Positions 56,608-64,000 of a stretch of DNA of 64,000 nucleotides are shown here, in pieces (position 1 is the stretch's first letter; every line of letters starts with the position of its first letter). This DNA comes from Alphaproteobacteria bacterium (GTDB lineage Bacteria > Pseudomonadota > Alphaproteobacteria > Micavibrionales > Micavibrionaceae): the NCBI GenBank assembly GCA_013215815.1, contig JABSQP010000009.1, forward strand, positions 4,598-68,597, given 5' to 3'. The notes under the pieces are model-generated. The model was not told the origin of the DNA and searched no databases. It saw only the letters and a program-made list of their open reading frames with translations. The position numbers were made by a program, and so were the translations under genes.

Positions 56608-57351
56608 ATGAAAATGCCTTCTCCTGTTTTAATTTTACAATTACGCCCTGAAGATGCTGTAGCAAATAGTGAATATGCCTGCCTTCTAAAATATGGGAGC
56701 TTACAGCCAGAAGACACACACAGAATACGCATCGAACAAGCTGGTATTCCTGACGACTTGGATCCTCTTGATTACAGCGCTATTATAGTTGGCGGTAGTC
56801 CTTTTGATATTAGCACTCCCGAAAGTGAAAAATCAGATATACAGCATAAAATCGAAGCTGATTTTAATAGACTACTTCACCAAATCGTAACACAGGACCT
56901 CCCCTTCCTTGGCGCCTGTTCGGGCAATGGTCTATTAGGTAGTTATCTTGGCGCGAAAATAACCAGAGAGTATGGAGAAACGACAAGCTGCGTGACATTA
57001 GAAATCACCGAGGATGGTAAAAAGGATAAATTACTAAAAGGTTTCCCGGATCATATAGACGTGTTACTTGGCCATAAAGAAGCAGTTGATACGACGCCTG
57101 ATAAGGCAACACTACTGATGACAGGAACAGATTGCCCCGTACAAATGTTTCGTGTCGGGCAGAACGTCTATGCCACTCAATTTCACCCAGAAGGCGACGC
57201 AGAAGAATTCAAATTACGAATTGATATCTACCGCAATCATGGTTATTTTGAGCCACACGAAGCTGATGCACTAAAAGAAAACGTTAGCGCAAAGCCAACA
57301 CCATATGCCCAAGAAATATTACGGCGCTTTGTTGAATATTATTATCAATAA
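56608..57351 (+). CDS. Class I glutamine amidotransferase-like protein
   Basis: It has the nucleophile elbow LGACSGNGLL and a His/Glu context ATQFHPE. The ATG at 56608 is preferred to the ORF-track TTG at 56554. Confidence 0.7.
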   Translation: MKMPSPVLILQLRPEDAVANSEYACLLKYGSLQPEDTHRIRIEQAGIPDDLDPLDYSAIIVGGSPFDISTPESEKSDIQHKIEADFNRLLHQIVTQDLPFLGACSGNGLLGSYLGAKITREYGETTSCVTLEITEDGKKDKLLKGFPDHIDVLLGHKEAVDTTPDKATLLMTGTDCPVQMFRVGQNVYATQFHPEGDAEEFKLRIDIYRNHGYFEPHEADALKENVSAKPTPYAQEILRRFVEYYYQ

Positions 57352-57412
57352 CGTCTGATTAAAAATGCGGCTATAGACGGTTTAACACGTCTCAAACTAC
57401 CTGCCTATTTGC

Positions 57413-57613
57413 TCAAATACGGCTATCTGCAGTTTCCGAAGGCTGCAGACACGAGCTACATCCACAACCACAACCATGAGAAGTCGTTTCAAGTGATTGT
57501 TTTAGATTACTTGCCTCTGGGGCTTTCGCATTCGCCTTTTCAGCATGCCCCAACTGAGAGAAAGCAAAGAATGTTACAAACAAACCTGTTATCTTTAATA
57601 TTACGCCCCTCAT
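57413..57613 (-). CDS. Candidate small secreted Cys-rich peptide
   Basis: 66 codons with SD AAAGGA 7 nt upstream of the ATG at 57613. The signal peptide is MRGVILKITGLFVTFFAFSQLGHA/E and the mature part contains HGCGCGCSSC. It is only the 3' part of a longer ORF-track entry that runs through tRNA-Tyr. Confidence 0.35.
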   Translation of the reverse strand: MRGVILKITGLFVTFFAFSQLGHAEKANAKAPEASNLKQSLETTSHGCGCGCSSCLQPSETADSRI

Positions 57614-57731
57614 AAAGTAGTCCTTTCGTATTTCGCTTCTTAAATTATAGCATCTATACTTAAAAGAAAACAAAAAGAGCCTGTCATACGCACAATCTAA
57701 AGCAGTATTTTTAATGAAATTAATTATGAAA

Positions 57732-57817
57732 TGGTGGAGGGAGTAGGATTCGAACCTACGTACGCTTACGCGGGCGGAGTTACAGTCCGCTGCCTTTAAC
57801 CACTCGACCATCCCTCC
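57732..57817 (-). tRNA. tRNA-Tyr (anticodon GTA)
   Basis: The reverse complement is GGAGGGATGGTCGAGTGGTTAAAGGCAGCGGACTGTAACTCCGCCCGCGTAAGCGTACGTAGGTTCGAATCCTACTCCCTCCACCA. It has a long variable arm, anticodon loop CTGTAAC and an encoded CCA. Confidence 0.9.
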
Positions 57818-57904
57818 ACGCGGGCAATTAAATATCGAGTTAAATACGGAGCATAAGAAAAAGCTTTTTGCTTTCTTTGTCAAGGGCATGTATGAAGTTT
57901 TCTT

Positions 57905-58699
57905 ATGAAACATCACAAAAATAAGCATAAAGGTCACAAAGGCCAGAAAAGCAAGTCAGCGCGCCTAAATTTAAGCCTTTTTGGCTTTCACGCCGTAGCC
58001 GAAGCTTGGCTTAACCCAAAACGCCATATACATGCTCTATTCGTAACGGAAAGCGCGCTTTATGGATTTGAAGAAACAATGAAAAAAGCTGCTGAAAAAG
58101 GTTTAAAACGCCCAGATCCGCAAATTATCGACAAAGCAGCCTTAGATAGCGCGACACCGCCAGGCGCTGTCCATCAGGGGGTTGCCCTGTCCTGTCAAAA
58201 TTTAGAACAGATGGATATTCGCGATATTCTGGCGAAAATTCAAAATAATGAGAAAACTACCCTAGTTATGCTCGATCAAGTGACAGACCCGCATAATGTT
58301 GGTGCCATTTTACGATCAGCCAGTGTTTTCGGTGCATCTGGCCTTATAATGCAGGATAAACATGCCCCTGATTTAGGTGGTACGCTTGCAAAAACAGCCT
58401 GCGGAGCCGTTGAACATGTTCCCGTTGCATATGAAACAAACCTGACCCGTTGCTTGGAATTACTACAAAAAGAAGGATATTTCGCTATCGCACTCGATGA
58501 GCGAGGGGATGCTGAAATATCTGAGTTCCCGAAATATGAGAAGGCTGTTCTTGTGATGGGCGCTGAAGGCGATGGGCTTCGAAGACTTGTGCGGGAACAA
58601 TGCGACGTTCTGGCGCGGCTTCCCGTATACGGAGCCGTTCCCTGTCTGAATGTGTCGAATGCTGCTGCTGTAGCTCTGTATGCTGTGCAGAAACCTTAA
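57905..58699 (+). CDS. rlmB: 23S rRNA (guanosine-2'-O)-methyltransferase RlmB (SpoU/TrmH family)
   Basis: 264 aa with a basic N-terminal tail and SpoU motifs (DPHNVGAILRSA, LVMGAEGDGLR, LNVSNAAAVALY). Confidence 0.85.
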   Translation: MKHHKNKHKGHKGQKSKSARLNLSLFGFHAVAEAWLNPKRHIHALFVTESALYGFEETMKKAAEKGLKRPDPQIIDKAALDSATPPGAVHQGVALSCQNLEQMDIRDILAKIQNNEKTTLVMLDQVTDPHNVGAILRSASVFGASGLIMQDKHAPDLGGTLAKTACGAVEHVPVAYETNLTRCLELLQKEGYFAIALDERGDAEISEFPKYEKAVLVMGAEGDGLRRLVREQCDVLARLPVYGAVPCLNVSNAAAVALYAVQKP

Positions 58700-59087
58700 A
58701 GTCAGAACGAGGATTATCACCGAAACAATCTCGATTGAACTTTGCTCTTATTTTGTCGACCAAAATCTGTATTCGATGACGTAACACATTATCGGTTTCC
58801 ATTGGTTTCATTGAAAGAGACACATTAGCAAAGGCTTTTGAAAGACTAGAGAAGCTTATAGGCGTCTCTTCACGAAGAACATCCAATATCCAATTAATCG
58901 TATCGCGTGCTTCATCTTCATCCGCACACACATTTAGATCAATAACTTGACCCCATAACTCTTCTGCATACTCAACAAGACGGCCAGCAATCATGCCCGC
59001 CATCACCTCTTTTTCCGGGTCTAGCACCGTGTACTGATAGGCCTGAATATGTTCACGCAATTGTTCTATTGAAGAAATTTTACTCAT
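58485..59087 (-). CDS. Hypothetical protein (3' boundary uncertain)
   Basis: 200-aa ORF. The first ~129 codons lie in the gap between polA and rlmB. The last ~70 codons (R/Q/P-rich) overlap the 3' end of rlmB on the opposite strand. Confidence 0.4.
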   Translation of the reverse strand: MSKISSIEQLREHIQAYQYTVLDPEKEVMAGMIAGRLVEYAEELWGQVIDLNVCADEDEARDTINWILDVLREETPISFSSLSKAFANVSLSMKPMETDNVLRHRIQILVDKIRAKFNRDCFGDNPRSDFKVSAQHTELQQQHSTHSDRERLRIREAAPERRIVPAQVFEAHRLQRPSQEQPSHISGTQIFQHPLAHRVR

Positions 59088-59192
59088 AAACTAAAATACT
59101 CTATATCTATTATTCATAATATAATTTTTTATTCTGTCAACAATCTCATTTTAAACTTTGTCACAAAGCGCCCTTCCCGCTAAAACATTCTT

Positions 59193-61964
59193 ATGACTGC
59201 AGATAAGAATACTCTCTATTTAGTGGATGGCTCCGGCTATATCTTTCGTGCTTATTACGCTATGGCTTATAGCGGTGGCGGAAGCCTAACAAATCCTGAA
59301 GGAACACCTGTTGGTGCGGTATATGGCTTCACCAATATGATGATGAAGCTACTCGATGATCATAAAGAAGCAGTCATTGCTGTTATCTTTGACGCGGCGC
59401 GCGCAAATTTTCGTAATGACATTTATGAAGATTACAAAGCAAATCGTGATGAAACACCTGAAGATCTTATTCCGCAGTTCCCTCTTGTGCGTGAAGCAAC
59501 AGAAGCTCTAGGCATTCCAGCAGTAGAACTAGAGGGGTACGAGGCAGATGACCTCATCGCCACTTATGCGCAGCAAGCTGTCGCTCAAGGTAAAAAAGTG
59601 ATCATAATCTCTTCTGATAAAGACCTCATGCAACTTGTCACCGATGACATTAGCATGATGGATCCAATGAAGAATAAAATGATTGACCCAAAAGGTGTTG
59701 TCGAAAAATTCGGCGTTACACCAGATAAGGTTGTTGATGTGCAATCCCTTGCTGGAGATAGTGTTGACAATGTCCCGGGCGTACCTGGTATTGGGGTAAA
59801 AACCGCAGCACAACTCATTAATGAGTATGGCTCTCTCGAAGAGCTTTTAAATCGTGCGGAGGAAATAAAGCAACCCAAACGTCGTGAAAAACTCATAGAA
59901 AATGCCGATATGGCGCGTATATCCCAACAACTTGTTAGATTAGCGCAAGATGCACCTGTTCCCATGCCTTTGGAACAATTCACACACCACGACCCAACTA
60001 TGCCCGATTTAAAGGCCTTCTTACAAAAGCAAGGATTTAAGTCGATGCTGACACGCCTTGGTGACACTGTTTCAAATGATACGGCAGAACAAAGCGCGGA
60101 TATCAAAACAGAAGAACTACCGGCTATTTCAGAGAATGAATACACTCTAATCACGGATATCGATACTCTAAAAGAATGGATAGAAGATGCTTATCAAACA
60201 AGCGTTCTGGCAATCGATACAGAAACAACACACCTCACACCTGCGATAGCCAAACTCGTCGGTATTTCGATTTGTTCAACAATCGGAAAAGCCGCTTATA
60301 TCCCGCTTACTCATGTTCCTGAAGAAGTGGATCTGCTGGGTGAGAGTAAAGGTGATCTCGTTCAAATTCCTTTTGATGATGCTATTAACGCGCTCAAACC
60401 ACTTTTGGAAGACCCTAGCGTTTTAAAAGTAGGTCAGAATATAAAATATGATTGGCAGATGTTTAAAAAGCATGGCATTCATATGGCCCCTTGCGATGAT
60501 ACGATGCTTATATCCTACACAGTAGATGGCACAAGCCATTCAAATTCAATGGATGGACTATCTAAACTCTTCCTCGATCATGAGCCAATAAAATATGAAG
60601 AAGTTGCTGGGAAAGGTAAAAATCAGGTTACGTTCGACAAAGTCGACGTAGACAAAGCACGCGATTATGCCGCAGAAGATGCAGACATAACACACCGCCT
60701 CCACCATACATTCAAACCGCGTGTCGCACGTGAAAAAATGGCACGCGTCTATGAAGATATCGAACGCCCACTTGTTTCAGTTATTGGACAAATGGAGCTA
60801 GATGGCATTAAAGTTGATCAGCTTATTTTAAAAGAAATGAGCAGCGATTTTGCCAAGAAGATCCAAGAACTTGAAAAAGAAATTCATACCGAAGCAGGCA
60901 CTGAATTCAACATTGGATCGCCAAAGCAGATCGGAGAAATTTTATTTGATCAAATGGGTCTATCTGGCGGTAAAAAAACCAAGACAGGCCAATGGTCAAC
61001 TGATGTTTCAACACTCGAAAAACTATCTGCACAAGGTCATAAAATTGTTAGCGATATCCTTGAATGGCGCGGCCTTGCCAAACTAAAAAGCACATATACA
61101 GACGCCCTTCAGGAACAAATAAACCCTGATACAGGGCGTGTACACACCTCTTTTTCTATGGCTGGCACATCAACAGGACGCCTTGCATCCAGTGACCCAA
61201 ACTTACAAAACATCCCAATTCGTACAGAAGATGGACGCCGTATTCGTGAAGCGTTCGTAGCCGAAGAAGGACATGTTCTTTTATCCGTCGATTACTCGCA
61301 AGTTGAACTGCGTCTCGCCGCAGAAATGGCTGACGTAGCCGCACTAAAGCAAGCATTCAAAGATAACGTTGATATTCACGCCATGACAGCATCGCAAGTC
61401 TTTGGTGTACCGCTCGATGAAGTATCCAGCGATCTTCGACGTCAGGCAAAAGCTGTTAACTTTGGTATTATATATGGCATCTCTGGCTGGGGCCTTGCCA
61501 AACAACTGGACTGTGATCCAGGAGATGCACAGGAATTCATCAATAAATATCTCGATGTCTTTGGTGAGATTCGTGACTTTATGGAGGAGCAAAAAGAATT
61601 TGCGCGTCAATACGAATATGTTGAAACACTCTTTGGCCGCAAATGCTTTACCCCCAATATTAATGCGAAGCAGCAAAATGTGAAAATGGGGGCCGAACGC
61701 GCTGCGATTAACGCGCCTCTCCAAGGTACTGCCGCTGATATTATGAAGATGGCGATGATTAAAATGCCGCGCGCATTAAAAGAGGCAAACCTAAAGGCAA
61801 AAATGCTTCTTCAAGTTCACGATGAATTAATTTTCGAAGTACCTAGCGATGAACTAGAGAAAACATCTGACCTCGTCAGACACGTCATGGAGAACGTTGT
61901 TGATCTTGATGTTCCATTAATTGCAGAAGCAGGTCACGGAAACAGCTGGGCCGAGGCACACTAA
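59193..61964 (+). CDS. polA: DNA polymerase I
   Basis: 923 aa with a 5'-nuclease N-terminus (LVDGSGYIFRAYYA), 3'-5' exo motifs (AIDTETT) and polymerase motifs (DYSQVELRLAA, RRQAKAVNFGIIYG, QVHDELIFE). Confidence 0.95.
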   Translation: MTADKNTLYLVDGSGYIFRAYYAMAYSGGGSLTNPEGTPVGAVYGFTNMMMKLLDDHKEAVIAVIFDAARANFRNDIYEDYKANRDETPEDLIPQFPLVREATEALGIPAVELEGYEADDLIATYAQQAVAQGKKVIIISSDKDLMQLVTDDISMMDPMKNKMIDPKGVVEKFGVTPDKVVDVQSLAGDSVDNVPGVPGIGVKTAAQLINEYGSLEELLNRAEEIKQPKRREKLIENADMARISQQLVRLAQDAPVPMPLEQFTHHDPTMPDLKAFLQKQGFKSMLTRLGDTVSNDTAEQSADIKTEELPAISENEYTLITDIDTLKEWIEDAYQTSVLAIDTETTHLTPAIAKLVGISICSTIGKAAYIPLTHVPEEVDLLGESKGDLVQIPFDDAINALKPLLEDPSVLKVGQNIKYDWQMFKKHGIHMAPCDDTMLISYTVDGTSHSNSMDGLSKLFLDHEPIKYEEVAGKGKNQVTFDKVDVDKARDYAAEDADITHRLHHTFKPRVAREKMARVYEDIERPLVSVIGQMELDGIKVDQLILKEMSSDFAKKIQELEKEIHTEAGTEFNIGSPKQIGEILFDQMGLSGGKKTKTGQWSTDVSTLEKLSAQGHKIVSDILEWRGLAKLKSTYTDALQEQINPDTGRVHTSFSMAGTSTGRLASSDPNLQNIPIRTEDGRRIREAFVAEEGHVLLSVDYSQVELRLAAEMADVAALKQAFKDNVDIHAMTASQVFGVPLDEVSSDLRRQAKAVNFGIIYGISGWGLAKQLDCDPGDAQEFINKYLDVFGEIRDFMEEQKEFARQYEYVETLFGRKCFTPNINAKQQNVKMGAERAAINAPLQGTAADIMKMAMIKMPRALKEANLKAKMLLQVHDELIFEVPSDELEKTSDLVRHVMENVVDLDVPLIAEAGHGNSWAEAH

Positions 61965-62701
61965 TATATATTTTCTGTTCTAAATGACTTTAATCTTAGT
62001 TTCGTCAAATGTGTTTCTGTACCTTGCTGATTATCCAGTGTTTTACCTTTAAAGTAATTCTTTTGCCATTCCTCTTCACGAGCATCTGTACCAGGCATAT
62101 CAAGGTCTTTATTGAAAGCAATGCGTTCCTTTGCCCACGTCGTGTGCTCTATGTTCAATCCGAAATCAGATGACATTGGCTTAATAACCGGATCTACGGT
62201 CTGTAAAACTTCTCTTTGAACTGGAAACACACTACAAAAAGGCATCCCTTTTTCGAAAGTCACCCACTCACCTGGTTTTGAAATCTTCCAATTCATCGTA
62301 AAGCTATAAGGCGACCAGTCTGTTTCAATTACGCCCGTGAGGGGATAAGCAAAATCACACGGCGTGTTCGGTGATCCACCTGCCATCAAATTCCATTCAG
62401 GTTCTGTTCTAAAAACACCATGAATGAAGAACGTTAAAATACCATCACCAAAAGCAGAAGCGCACACATTCGCCATTTGCTGAGATTTATCTATCTTGAG
62501 ACTACTTTTTCCTTTACCCCCATCCCAGAAGGCACGTACATCTTGCTCTAAATGGAAAGACCAACCATGCGCGTTGGCGATACTCAAAGGTAGGCAACGG
62601 TATGCATATTTGTCAGGTGTCTGATCCATCCAATCACGCGTCGGTGAATTAGGTCTTAAATCATAACTGTGACCATCAACTACATAAAATTCTAGCTTCA
62701 T
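61961..62701 (-). CDS. Conserved hypothetical protein (resembles the DUF6065 family)
   Basis: 246 aa. The segment RDWMDQTPDKYAYRCLPLSIANAHGW resembles what I recall of DUF6065 proteins. The assignment is by memory only. Confidence 0.4.
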   Translation of the reverse strand: MKLEFYVVDGHSYDLRPNSPTRDWMDQTPDKYAYRCLPLSIANAHGWSFHLEQDVRAFWDGGKGKSSLKIDKSQQMANVCASAFGDGILTFFIHGVFRTEPEWNLMAGGSPNTPCDFAYPLTGVIETDWSPYSFTMNWKISKPGEWVTFEKGMPFCSVFPVQREVLQTVDPVIKPMSSDFGLNIEHTTWAKERIAFNKDLDMPGTDAREEEWQKNYFKGKTLDNQQGTETHLTKLRLKSFRTENIY

Positions 62702-62710
62702 TTTCTACCT

Positions 62711-63385
62711 CTAATTAGTTCTATATTCTCCGGCGGCAATAATAGCACCCGTAGCTTTATCCTGAGCATAAATTGCAAAACCAGCATGCTTGCTTTTCAG
62801 CATTGGTGCAAATACTTCGTCTCGTTTTACCCCATTCCATGCTCCCAAAGGCAGCATAACATCAACGACATTTACAAAATTACGACGACGAAGGCTTCTT
62901 CGACCCTCATAAATCACAAGCCATAAATCGCTAGATCTGTTCTCTACCTGCGGTAGAGAATAAGAGAATACATATGGCGCACGACGTGTAATAGAAATGC
63001 TCTCCACACCTTTAGAGGCCTTCATCAATGCCGCGGAAACTTCATTCTGACGAACACCAACTGCACTATGTTGCCCATTAAAAACAAATTGCGGTGTAAA
63101 TGGTGATTTACCTCTTAAATAACGAACATAATCGAACTGTCGCTGCGTACATGCTGCACGTCCCAAATCACTTTTTCCTGGAAAATAGGTCACATGACAC
63201 CCAAGAGCTATAATATGATTTTCTTGGGACAGTTTCTCTAGCAACGCGTCTGCAGGCGGACACGCCGGGCAAAATTCTGATGTAAATAATTCAGCAAGAA
63301 TTACAGGCTTTTCTGCATGCGCCTGATACGGCGTAAGCACTAGTAAACTAAGGGCAAACAATGAAAAAAGAATCTTTTTGATCAT
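62711..63385 (-). CDS. DUF1223 family secreted thioredoxin-fold protein
   Basis: Signal peptide, then ELFTSEFCPACPPAD, matching the hallmark (ELFTSQGCSSCPPAD-like) motif of DUF1223. Confidence 0.7.
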   Translation of the reverse strand: MIKKILFSLFALSLLVLTPYQAHAEKPVILAELFTSEFCPACPPADALLEKLSQENHIIALGCHVTYFPGKSDLGRAACTQRQFDYVRYLRGKSPFTPQFVFNGQHSAVGVRQNEVSAALMKASKGVESISITRRAPYVFSYSLPQVENRSSDLWLVIYEGRRSLRRRNFVNVVDVMLPLGAWNGVKRDEVFAPMLKSKHAGFAIYAQDKATGAIIAAGEYRTN

Positions 63386-63444
63386 GACGACAAACTAAGG
63401 CATGATGCGCAAAAAACAAGGTATAAATAAGGATAAATCGAGCC

Positions 63445-63957
63445 ATGGCTGATGCATCAACATACACAAAAGATTTCCCTGTTTCGTGGGACGAACTTCA
63501 CAGAAACGGCAAAGCGCTAGCTTGGAAGCTTTTGGATAAAGGGCCATTAGAAAACGGTAAGTGGAAAGGCATTATCGGGATCACAAGAGGTGGTCTTGTA
63601 CCTGCCTGTATCGTTGCGCGCGAACTCGAAGTCCTCAATGTCGAAACATTGTGTATTTCAAGTTATGACGTCAAAGACCAATCAGAGACTAAAGTTTTAA
63701 AACGCCCTGCTGCAGTCGATGCGGATGGCAATGGAGATGGTGAAGGTTGGCTCGTCGTCGACGATCTCGTTGATACAGGAAAGACTTTTGAGATTGCCCG
63801 CGAAATGTATCCAAAAGCGCACTTCTCATGCATTTTTACAAAACCAAAAGGTGAGAAGCTAGCCGATACTTTTGTAACAGCTTTTTCACAAGACACATGG
63901 GTACACTTTCCATGGGATTTGGAAAATCAATACGCAACACCACTAGCGCGTAAGTAA
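63445..63957 (+). CDS. gpt: Xanthine-guanine phosphoribosyltransferase
   Basis: Motifs FPVSWDELH, GITRGGLVPA and the PRPP motif LVVDDLVDTGKT, plus a C-terminal WVHFPWD. Confidence 0.9.
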   Translation: MADASTYTKDFPVSWDELHRNGKALAWKLLDKGPLENGKWKGIIGITRGGLVPACIVARELEVLNVETLCISSYDVKDQSETKVLKRPAAVDADGNGDGEGWLVVDDLVDTGKTFEIAREMYPKAHFSCIFTKPKGEKLADTFVTAFSQDTWVHFPWDLENQYATPLARK

Positions 63958-64000
63958 GATACTAAAAAGAAAGAGTAAAAATCGAAGCTGGTGCCTTCAA

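Noticed and set aside
57614-57937. Upper part of the 174-aa minus-strand ORF 57413-57937
   Set aside because: It reads straight through tRNA-Tyr (57732-57817). Only the last 66 codons, which have their own SD and signal peptide, were kept as a candidate.

Overview
This window looks like a chromosomal segment of an alphaproteobacterium. Supporting markers are a circularly permuted two-piece tmRNA with an ANDN tag, hemC-hemD-mic60-hemY synteny, and DUF1489, GapR-like DUF2312, SspB and COQ9-like genes. Most of it is densely packed housekeeping: heme synthesis, tsaD, gpsA, thyA-folA, hflKC-degP-miaA, ilvIH-ilvC, polA, gpt, rlmB, tRNA-Arg, tRNA-Tyr and ssrA. I saw no transposase, integrase, CRISPR array or recognisable defence gene. 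There are two accessory blocks. The first (about 1-8.2 kb) is a surface-polysaccharide locus with a multi-SLBB exporter, three glycosyltransferases, a Wzz-like protein and a Wzy-like protein. The second (about 42.5-56.4 kb) holds a divergent two-partner secretion pair whose 2329-aa TpsA carries a parallel beta-helix passenger. It sits back to back with a DUF4956 / exported CotH-like / VTC operon. That operon is my best candidate for an uncharacterised system, possibly envelope polyphosphate or phosphotransfer. Other points worth follow-up are a leader-peptide attenuator and a second terminator upstream of ilvIH, an in-frame TGA inside a membrane-protein gene, an apparently duplicated tmRNA tag, a Mic60-like protein with an N-terminal HTH-like module, and a COQ9-like/UbiB-like pair coupled to an IcmL/DotI-like membrane protein. 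All family assignments come from motif recognition by eye; no searches were run.
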